A stretch of DNA of 64,000 nt from Leucoraja erinacea (Eukaryota): NCBI RefSeq assembly GCF_028641065.1, contig NW_026576387.1:1-64000 (forward strand), written 5' to 3'. Position numbers and translations under genes: made by a program. Under the pieces are notes generated by a model that worked only from the letters and a program-made list of their open reading frames with translations, searched no databases and was not told where the DNA came from. Positions 49,439-60,700 of the stretch are shown piece by piece (positions within the stretch are counted from its first letter, which is position 1; each line of letters opens with the position of its first letter).

Positions 49439-52400
49439 ACATAGAAACATAGAAATTAGGTGCAGGAGTAGGCCATTCGGCCCTTCGAGCCTGCACCGCC
49501 ATTCAATATGATCATGGCTGATCATCCAACTCAGTATCCCGTACCTGCCTTCTCTCCATACCCTCTGATCCCCTTAGCCACAAGGGCCACATCTAACTCC
49601 CTCTTAAATATAGCCAATGAACTGTGGCCTCGACTACCCTCTGCGGCAGAGAGTTCCAGAGATTCACCACTCTCTGTGTGAAAAAAGTTCTTCTCATCTC
49701 GGTTTTAAAAGATTTCCCCCTTATCCTTAAGCTGTGACCCCTTGTCCTGGACTTCCCCAACATCGGGAACAATCTTCCTGCATCTAGCCTGTCCAACCCC
49801 TTAAGAATTTTGTAACTTTCTATAAGATCCCCTCTCAATCTCCTAAATTCTAGAGAGTATAAACCAAGTCTATCCAGTCTTTCTTCATAAGACAGCCCTG
49901 ACATCCCAGGAATCAGTCTGGTGAACCTTCTCTGCACTCCCTCTATGGCAATAATGTCCTTCCTCAGATTTGGAGACCAAAACTGTACGCAATACTCCAG
50001 GTGTGGTCTCACCAAGACCACAGTACAGATTAGTACAGGTTATGGGGAGAATGGAGGAGAATGGGGTTCGGAGAGAAAGATAGTTCAGCCATGATTGAAT
50101 GACGGAGTAGACTTGATGGGCCGAATGGCCTAATTCTACTTCTCTCATTTATGACCTTCTGACCCTATAATTTTGCCCGTGAACGGTGAGAATGGTTGCT
50201 CATACTTGCACGGTGTCTGGACTTCTTATACACGGAACCACTTCACAGTTGTCATGCATTATTGGTGAGGTCTTCTGCTGTGGAATAAAACTGAGGCACT
50301 ATGTCTAGATCTGTTACAAAACTTACCTTCAGCGGCGCTGCAGTTCTGCCACTGGCCGTGTGAGCGACTTTGGCGCCTTTGAGGGGGGGGGGGGGGGTTA
50401 ATGCAGTTTTTCTCCTACCTGTCCTGGATATATTTTCTCGGAGTGCAAGCCTTTGTTGAAGAATTGTTCCGACGGTCGTTCTGTGAATATTTTTTTTAAA
50501 TCGCCCGACAAGTTCAGCCCTGGAGTCATTTTAAAATCAGCTTCTAATGCCATCAACGCCGACGACGGGGACTGATTTCACGCACGGGACAGGTAAAGGA
50601 AAGCCATTTATTTTATGTATATACTTGCTTCTTAAGATGCCTTTAATCCACATTTTACGTTGCGAAAAGGTGACTTAGGACCCATACGAGCCGGCAGTAT
50701 TTTTCCTGCCGATATGGGATTTAAATTCACTGCTACCGCAACGTTCCAAACGATCGCGTTCCTCAAAATCCCACTAGCAAGATGATTTAAATGGCCATTA
50801 ATTTACGGGAATTAAACACTAAATTCCTTTTCATTTGGCCTATAAATCCATGACAATGAGATTTAAAAATCATGTTATATTGTGAATGTTATTTGGACAC
50901 TTAGGCTATTATAAAATGTTGATCTTTTCTTAAGAAATGGATAGATGTTTAGATCTAGTAATTGAATTTTGTAATTAGCTACGATTGGGTAACTAACTAA
51001 TTATATGCTTTAATTTCAGGTCATCCAAGTAAGATTGTTTCGTATATGTTTCAGAATGCTTCAATCTATAATAACTGAACATTTCTTTCAATTCTCTTAA
51101 TTTTTAAGAAATTTATGGGCTTTTGACTGTCCTCGATCACAGCTTTTGTGTTAAGTCAATGGAAAAGCAATAGGGAACAAGATGCTAATTTCCGAGTATG
51201 AAAATGGTCATAACGTTTTTAATACTGAAGATATGAAAGTGAATTAGGTGTCAAATTAAACTTCTTTTTATGCTTTATCCGATGGGATAAATTGCAGACT
51301 TGATTTTCTAAATCTCAAAATTTTGTAACATTGCTACTTATGTTAACCGTGCGTTTCATAGAAACATAGAAACATAGATGATAGGTGCAGGAGTAGGCCA
51401 TTCGGCCCTTCGAGCCTGCACCGCCATTCAATATGATAATGACTGCTCATCCACCTCAGTATCCTGTACCTGCCTTCTCTCCATACCCCCTGATCCCTTT
51501 AGCCACAAGGGCCACATCTAACTCCCTCTTAAATATAGCCAATGGACTGTGGCCTCAACAACCTTCTGTGCCAGAGATGTCCACAGATTCACCACTCTCT
51601 GTGTGTGAAAAATGTTTTCCTCATCTCGGTCCTAAAAGATTTCCCCCTTATCATTAAACTGTGACCCCTTGTCCTGGACTTCCCCAACATCGGGAATAAT
51701 CTTCCTGCATCTAGCCTGTCCAACCCCTTAAGAATTTTGTAAGTTTCTATAAGATTCCCCCTCAATCTTCTAAATTATATCGAGTACAAACCGAGTCTAT
51801 CCAGTCTTTCTTCATATGAAAGTCCTGACATCCCAGGAATCAGTCTGGTGAACCTTCTCTGTACTCGCACTATGGCTAGAATGTTTTTCCTCAGATTAGG
51901 AGACCAAAACTGTACACAATACTCCAGGTGTGGTCTCACCAAGACCCTGTACAACTGCAGTAGAACCCCCCTGCTCCTATACTCAACTCCTTTTGCTTTG
52001 AATGCTAACATACCATTCGCAATACTCCAAGTCAATGGAAAAGCAATAGGGAACAAGATGCTAAGTTCCGAGTATGAAAATGGCCATAACCTTTTTAATA
52101 CTGAAGATATGAAAGTGAATTAGGTGTCAAATCAAAATTATTGTTATGCTTTATCTGATGGGATAAATTGCGGACTTGATTTTTAAAGTCTCAAAATGTT
52201 GTAACATTGCTACTTATGTTAACCGTGTGTTTCACGTAACACCAGCAGCTGCATGCGGTGACGTTGTCTGTGTAGGTTTACACTGCGTGTGATCAAACCC
52301 CCTTGTGTCAAAGTCCTTGTATTAGGTGGCGTAGTTCTCTGCAATCTTTTAATCAAATTGCAGAGACAGTGTAACTGTATTAGCTTAAGTTTTTATTGAA

Positions 52401-54602
52401 GGGTGTTTTGGTGATGAAATGACAGCAGCGGAAAAAAAATAAGAGATTATGAGAATGGGATGTAATGTTAAAATTGTACAAGGCATTGGTGAGGCCAATT
52501 TTGGAGTATGGTGTACAATTTTGGTCGCCTAATTATAGGAAGGATGTCAACAAAATAGAGAGAGTACAGAGGAGATTTACTAGAATGTTGCCTGGGTTTC
52601 AGCAACTAAGTTACAAAGAAAGGTTGAACAAGTTAGGGCTTTATTCTTTGGAGCGCAGAAGGTTAAGGGGGGACTTGATAGAGGTTTTTAAAGTGATGAG
52701 AGGGATAGACAGAGTTGACGTGGACAAGCTTTTCCCACCGAGAGTAGGGAAGATTCAAACAAGGGGACATGACTTGAGAATTAAGGGACTGAAGTTTAGG
52801 GGTAACATGAGGGGGAACCTCTTTACTCAGAGAGTGGTGGCTGTGTGGAATGAGCTTCCAGTGAAGGTGGTGGAGGCAAGTTCGTTTTTATCATTTAAAA
52901 ATAAATTGGATAGTTATATGGACGGGAAGGGAATGGAAGGTTATGGTCTGAGCACAGGTATGTGGGACTAGGGGAGAATATGTGTTCGGAACGGACTAGA
53001 AGGGTCGAGATGGCCTGTTTCCGTGCTGTAATTGTTATATGGTTATGTGGTTATTAATGTTTTCACTTAATAAAGGACGCAGCTAACAACAATCAATTAT
53101 TAGCAAGAATTACATCTCGGATCCGGATGGATTGCACCCAGAGCTTCACAGAGAACAGCAGAGAAAATAGGAGAGGGATTGATAACCATATTTACATGAT
53201 GAATAGAGAAGTGAACCGTAATCAGCATTTAGTGAATGATGAATACAACTTGTGTCCAATGAATGGTATATTATACTGTAGACCTGGTCTGAGGAAATAC
53301 ATTCTTGCCATAGAGGGAGTACAGAGAAGGTTCCCCAGACTGATTCCTGGGATGGCAGGACTTTCATATGAAGAAATACTGGATAGACTCGGCTTGTACT
53401 CGCTAGAATTTAGAAGATTGAGGGGGGATCTTATAGAAACTTACAAAATTCTTAAGGTGTTGGACAGGCTCGATGCAGGAAGATTGTTCCCGATGTTGGG
53501 GAAGTCCAGAACTAGGGGTCACACAGTTTAAGGATAAGGGGGAAGTCTTTTAGGACGGAGATGAGAAAATCATTTTTTGCACAGAGAGTGGTGAATCTGT
53601 GGAATTCTCTGGCACAGAAGGTAGTTGAGGCCACACAGTTCATTGGCTATATTTAAGAGGGAGTTAGATGTGTCCCTTGTGGCTAAAGGGATTAAAACGA
53701 GCTGGTGGGGACACATTGGGAATATTGTGAGCAGCTTTCGACCACATACTGGAGGAACGATATGTTAGCTTTGGAGAAGGTCCAGAGGAGGTTTACGAGA
53801 ATGAGGAGGTTTAGGGAGGGTTGCAATAACGGATGAGGAACGTTTGAAAGCTTTGAAGATTTAGACTTGTTTTATGGCGGAGATGGATAGGATCTTCATT
53901 AATTTTGTTTAACAGTTTCGGTCTCCTAATCTGAGGAAATACATTCTTGCCATTGAGGGAGTACAGAGAAGGTTCACCAGACTGATTCCTGGGATGGAAG
54001 GACTTTCATATGAAGAAAGTCTGGATAGACTCTGCTTGTACTCGCTGGAATTTAGAAGATTGGGGGTGGGCGGGGGGGGGGGGGTCATATAGAAACTTAC
54101 AAAATTCTTAAGGGGTTGGACAGGCTAGATGCAGGAAGATTGTTCCCGATGTTGTGGAAGTCCAGGACAAGGGGTCACACAGTTTAAGGATAAAGGGGAA
54201 ATCCTTTAGGACCGAGATGAGAAAAACATTTTTCTCACAGAGAGTGGCGAATCTATGGAATTCTCTGCCACAGAAGGTAGTTGAGGCCACAGTTCATTGG
54301 CTATATTTAAGAGGGAGTTAGATGTGGCCCTTGGGGCTAAAGGGATCAGGGGGGATGGAGAGAAGGCAGGTACAGGATACTGAATTGGATGATCAGCCAT
54401 GATCATATTGAATGGCGGTGCAGGCTCGAAGGGCCGAATGGCCTACTCCTGCACCTAATTTCTATGTTTCTATGTTTCTATGAAGGAATGCAGGTGCAGG
54501 ATACTGAGTTGGATGATCAGCCATGATCATATTGAATGGCGGTGCAGGCTCGAAGGGCCGAATGGCCTACTCCTGCTCCTATTGTCTATGTTTCTATGTT
54601 TC
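49439..54602. mobile_element. CR1 fragments in the GPCR-B intron: A(-) 49439-50020, A(-) 51358-52020, B(+) 52456-53054, A(+) 53287-53692, A(+) 53918-54602
   Basis: RT C-terminal ORFs and tails. Confidence 0.88.
50306..51336. mobile_element. hAT-like non-autonomous DNA transposon in the GPCR-B intron
   Basis: Imperfect TIRs TAGATCTGTTACAAAA / TTTTGTAACATTGCTA. Flanks actatgtc / cttatgtt resemble a decayed 8-bp TSD. Confidence 0.5.
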
Positions 54603-54751
54603 TCTGATTCCATGAATGGTGGATAGGCGTGAGGCTCCACATATTTGTCCAATTCTGGAGTATTTTGGTATTCATTCTGTATTCCCGTGTGCGTCCAATA
54701 TGTAGAATGGCTATTTATTAAGTTCCCACCTTTTCCTTACTCTTTCCACAG

Positions 54752-55644
54752 TGAATTTGGTGGCAATGGTGATCCTGTCGCGGGGAAAGTGCGGCCTCTC
54801 CACCTGCACCACTCTCTACCTTGTGGCCATGGCAGCGGCCGATCTACTGAACATTCTCACCCAAGTACTTCTGCGGAAAATCGCCTTCTATTATTTCCCG
54901 TGGAGTTTTCTCAACATCACCCCCGTGTGCAGCATTATCTATGTCTTGGTCCGCGCGGCCACCGACTGCTCCGTCTGGTTCACCGTCACTTTCACCTTCG
55001 ATCGCTTCGTGGCCATTTGTTGTCGGAAGCTGAGCACAAGGTTCTGCACCAAGAACACAGCGGCCACGGTGTTGTCCGTCACCGCCAGTCTGATCTGCTT
55101 CAAGAACGTGCCGTTCTACTTTTCAATGGAATCGCGGGAGATGGTTGGCGGCGTGCCCTGGTTCTGTGTAAGAAAACCGGGCTATTTCACCGATCCCGGG
55201 TGGGTGGGCCTTGACTGGTTTGCTACAGTGCTAACACCATTTATTCCGTTTGTTGTCATCTTGTTGCTCAATGCTCTGATCGTTAGACACATTTTAGTCG
55301 CTAGTCAAGTTCGCAAGGCGTTGAAGCGGGAGGACTGTAATGACCCTGAAATGGAGAGCAGGAGAAGATCTATTGTTCTCCTCTTCGCCATATCTGGCAG
55401 CTTCATATTCTTGTGGTTGACAAACGTTGTACACTTCTTGTATTATTTCTGTTCCGGTGCAGTCCCATCCGTGCAAAATGATTCTCTGTACACATTGGGT
55501 GTAGTCGGGATCATGCTCCTGAACTTAAATTGTTGCACAAGCACATTTATATACGCGGTGACTCAGTCCAAGTTCAGGGAGCAGCTCCTGAAAGCGGTGG
55601 CGTGTCCGCTATCCACAATTATTCAAAGCATTGGCAATAAATGA
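54752..55644 (+). CDS. GPCR-B exon 2: class A 7TM receptor, GPR139/GPR142-related family (319 aa spliced)
   Basis: Acceptor cttttccttactctttccacag ends at 54751. Contains MAAAD, FDRFVAIC, PFYF, VPWFC, FIFLWLT, CTSTFIY and KFREQL. Intact ORF, paralogous to GPCR-A. Confidence 0.92.
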
Positions 55645-55721
55645 ATCAACAGACCCACCTCAAAATATCCAGCTCCAAATCCTGTTCATTTCGCCAGCAT
55701 CCAACAGCGTAAACATGCAAG

Positions 55722-56780
55722 CATTTAGAAGATTGAGGGGGGGTCGTATAGAAACTTACAAAATGCTTAAGGGGTTGGACGGACTAGATGCAGGAAGGTT
55801 ATTCCCGATGTTGGGGAAGTCCAGAACTAGGGGATCACAGTTTAGCCACAAGGGGGACATCTAACTCCCTCTTAAACCGAGATAATTGAACTTGAGTATC
55901 GAAGTTGGGATCTAATGTTAGAATTGTACAGGCATTGGTGAGACCTGTTCTGGAGTAAAACGTGTACAATTTTCTCCTAATTATAGGAAGGATGTCAACA
56001 AAATAGAGAGAGTACAGAGGAGATTTACTAGAATGTTGCCCAACATTTCGGGAACAAGTTACTGAGAAGCCTGAACAAGTTAGGTCTTTTTCTTTGGAGC
56101 GCAGAAGGTCCCCTCTCAACTTGATAGATTTTAGAAAGTGATAAACCAAGGATAGACAGAGTTGACGTGGAAAAGCTTTTCCCACCGAGAGTAGGGAAGA
56201 TTCAAACAAGGGGACATGACTTCAGAATTAAGGGACTGAAGTTTAATGCGTAACATGAGGGGGAAAACTTCTTTACTCCAGAGTGGTAGCGGTGTGTACA
56301 ACTGCCAGTGAAGGTGGTGCTCCAGGATCGTTTTTATCATTTTGCTAAGAAATTGGATAGTTATTTAGAAGATGGGAAGGGGGATTATGGTCTGAGCGCA
56401 GGTATATGGGACTAGGGGTTGGATAGGTGATGCGGCAGGTTACTCCCAAGGGGGGAGACAGAACTGTTTCCAGTTTAAATTGTTAAATGGTTATCTGGTT
56501 AGGACTGAGATGAGAAAATCATTTTTTACACAGAGAGTGGGGAATCTGTGGAATTCTCTGCCACAGAAGGTAGTTGAGGCCACACAGTTCATTGGCTATA
56601 TTTAAGAGGGAGTTAGATGTGGCCCTTGTGGCTAAAGGGATCAGGGGGTATGGAGAGAAGGCAGGGATGGGATACTGAGTTGGATGATCAGCCATGATCA
56701 TATCGAATGGCGGTGCAGGCTCGAAGTACCGAATGGCCTCTACTCCTGCACCTATAGTCTATGTTTCTATGTTTTTATGT
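55722..56780 (+). mobile_element. CR1-A pieces plus an indel-rich CR1-B copy (about 55885-56500)
   Basis: Recognisable CR1 sequence with many frameshifts. Confidence 0.75.
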
Positions 56781-57756
56781 ATTGGATTGGATTGGATTCA
56801 ATTTTATTATCATTGCACTTTTCAGTGCAACGAAGTGGTTTAGCCTGCAGTCATAACACAGAATAAATAACAAAACAAACACTCAACACAGTTTAAAGTC
56901 CCAAAGTCACTGTCTCTTCCCTCCTTGCTCTCCCTCTGCGCTGAGGAAATCCAGGCCTCCGATGTTGTGACCCCGCCGGGTGATGGTGAGTAAGTCCCGC
57001 GGCAGAATCCGGGCTCCGCAAACGGGCCGGTTCAAACTCCGGGCCCCCGGGGCGGTCGAAGCTGCCGAAGATGCCGCCCTCCAGTCCAGCGGACGCAGCT
57101 GTTGTTGCGGGAGCTCCGGAAAAAACAGGTCACCAACCTGTGACCAGCGAGCTCCCGACGACGTCGTCCACTGGCCCGCGGCCGAGCCTCCGAGGCTCCA
57201 AAGTCGGGTCGGAAGTTGGGTCGCAACGTAACCACAGCCCCAAAGTCGGCCATCCTCGCGTTGGTAAGTCCTGCCTCCGGATCCTCGAGGTCGGTCGCGG
57301 TTGGAGGCCGCCAGCTCCGCGAAAGGCCTCAGCGCAGACGGACACCGAGACGGGGGATACGGCAAGAAAGGTCGCATCACCACCCCCCTCCCCTCCCCCT
57401 CCCCCGAAGGAAGAGTCAAAAAAATATTACACCCACCCCCACACATACACAATTAAATAAACCGAAATAAACTTACACGGGACATATTGAGGTCATATTG
57501 ATTATTCATGACTTTACCTAAACAACAATCAAATGTAAAGTCTATGCAAGTAACTTTCTGTTCATTCAAACCCAAAGTTCTCAAGTACATATCTGAAGAT
57601 TATTTCTCCACGACTAGAATTGCATCCAGAAGAAATATCCTATCGGCATCTTATCTTCAGTCACTTGAAGAAATATCTACTTGAAGGTGGCGAAAATGTC
57701 TTTTGATGCATTAGGCTTGACCAGTCAGAGTATTGCGTTGGGAGGTTATGTTACAA

Positions 57757-60700
57757 GAAAGTAGACTATTATCTGAATTGTGGCCGATTGGGAAAGGGGG
57801 AGATGCAACGAGACCTGCGTGTCATGGTACACCAGTCATTGAAAGTAGGCATGCAGGTGCAGCAGGCAGTGAAGAAAGCGAATGGTATGTTAGCATTCAT
57901 AGCAAAAGGATTTGAGTCTAGGAGCAGGGAGGTTCTACTGCAGTTGTACAGGGTCTTGGTGAGACAACACCTGGAGTATTGCGTACAGTTTTGGTCTCCA
58001 AATCTGAGGAAAGACATTCTTGCCTTAGAGGGAGTACAGATAAGGTTCACCAGACTGATTCCTGCGATGGCAGGACTTTCATATGAGGAAAGACTGGATA
58101 GACTCGGCTTGTACTCGCTAGAATTTAGAAGATTCAGGGGGGAACTTATAGAAACTTACAAAATCCTTAAGGGGTTGGACAGGCTAGATGCAGGAACATT
58201 GTTCCCGATGTTGGGGAAGTCCAGGACAAGGGGTCACACAGTTTAAGGATAAGGGGGAAATCCTTTAGGACCGAGATAAGAAAAACATTTTTCACACAGA
58301 GAGTGGTGAATCTGTGGAATTCTCTGCCACAGAAGGTAGTTGAGGCCACACAGTTCATTGGCTATATTTAAGAGGGAGTTAGATGTGGCCCTTGTGGCTA
58401 AAGGGATCAGGGGGTATGGAGAGAAGGCAGGTACAGGACACTGAGTTGGATGATCAGCCATGATTATATTGAATGGCGGTGCAGGCTCGAAGGGCCGAAT
58501 GGCGTACTCCTGCACCTATTTTCTATGTTTCTATGTTACATTTGTATAAGATGTTGGTCAGGCCGCATACCGTGTTCTGGGCATCATGTTATAAGAAATA
58601 TGATGCATTGTCGGAAAGGACACATGGAATGTTTACGAGCATGTTGCCAGCAATAGTGGGTCTGTGCTTTAGGAAGAGGTTGAGTAGGCTGGGACTCAAT
58701 ACCCTTGTAGCGCTGGAAGGATGAGGTGTGGCCATATAGAGCTGTGTAAAATCATGAGAGGAATAGATTGGGTAAAAGCAAAGAGTCTTTTCTCCAGAGG
58801 AGGGGAACCGAGGACCAGAGGACATAGGTTTATGGTGAAAGGGAAAACAATTATTCGCTATCTGAGAATATTTTTTCTACGCATATTTTGGCGGGTGTTT
58901 GGAACAAGCTGCCAGAGGAAGTAGTTAAGGCAGGGACTATGCCATCGTTTAAGAAACAGTTAGACTGGTACGTGGATGGGACATGCTTGTAGGGATATGG
59001 ACCAAACGGGGGCAGCTGAGACAAGTGTAGCTGGGGAATGTTAGCCAGTACGGGCAAGTTGGGCCGAAAGGGCTTGTTTCCATACTGTATCTTTCTATGA
59101 TTCACTGACTCTATAACTGTATTTCTCCTTCCATGGTATGGTATGACACTTAATTAATCACATGTTCCGATGAACAGTGAAAGTAGTTTTAGCATACAGT
59201 AGGGTACAAGTATCACATAGAAACATAGAACATATAAACATAGAAAATAGGTGCAGGAGTAGGCCATTCGGCCCCTCGAGCCTGCACCGCCATTGAATAT
59301 GATCATGGCTGATCATCCAACTCAGTATCCCGTACCTGCCTTCTTTCCATACCCCCTGATCCCTTTAGCCACAAGGGCCACATCCAACTCCCTCTTAAAT
59401 ATAGCCAATGAACTGGCCTCAACTACCTTCTGTGGCAGAGAATTCCACAGATTCACTCTCTGTGTGTGAAAAATGTTTTCCTCATCTCGGTCCTAAAATA
59501 TTTCCCCCTTATCATTAAACTGTGACCCCTTGTTCTGGACTTCCCCAACATCGGGAACAATCTTCCTGCATCTAGCCTGTACAACCCCTTAAGAATTTTG
59601 TAAGTTTCTATAAGATCCCCCCTCAATCTCCTAAATTCTAGAGAGTATAAACCAAGTCTATCCAGTCTTTCTTCATAAGACAGTCCTGACATTCCAGGAA
59701 TCAGTCTTAGATAAGCATCTAATGTACAATACAAATGTATAGCAGTAATTCACTGAGACCATACAGAGTCGCCACGGTTTATACCAATTCAATTAACCTA
59801 CAAATCTGTACCTTTGGACGGTGGAAGGAAACCGAATGTCTCGGAGAAAACCCACACGGTCCAGGCGAGAACGTGCAAACGCCCGTCAGACAGCACCCGG
59901 AGTCGGGATCGAACGCGTGGCAGAATAAACGCAAAAGGGAAAGTGTATAATATTGTAAAGGATGGCGAAAATGTCAAGGATTAGAAACATAGAAAATATG
60001 TGCAGGAGAAGGCCATTCGGCCCTTCGATCCAACACCGCCATTCAATATGATCATGTTCGATGATCCTAAATCAGTACCCCGTTCCTTCTTTCTCCCCCT
60101 CATCCCGTTAGCCTCGAGACGTCTATCTAACTCTCTGTTGAATACATCCAGTGAATTGGCCTCCACTGGATCTGTTGCCGATAATTCCACCAGAATCACA
60201 ACTCTCTGGCTGAATACAATTTTCCTCATCTAAATGCTAAATGGCCTACCCTTTATTCTTAAACTTAGACTCCTAGTTCCGGACTCCCCCAACATCGGGA
60301 ACATTTCCCCTGCATCCAGCATATCCAAACCCTTAAGAACTTTGTTTTTCTGTAAGATCAATGTTTCAAGGTCAAGGGCAGTTTTTGTCACGTGTACCAA
60401 TTAAGGTACATTGAAATTTGAGAGACCCTCTCGTCCTTCTCAATTTCAGTGAATATAAGACAAGTCGATCAATTATTTTATCAAATGCCAGTCCCGCTAT
60501 TCCGGGAATTAACCTGGTGAACCTACGCTGCACTCCCCCAATAGCAGGGAAGTCCTTCCTTAAATTAGGAGAACAAAACTGCACACAATACTCCAGGTGT
60601 GGTCTCAATTGGGCCCTGTAAAACTGCAGTAGGACCTCCTTGCTCCAATAGCCAAATCCTCTCGCTATGAAGGCCAAAATGCCATTAGCCTTCCTCACTG

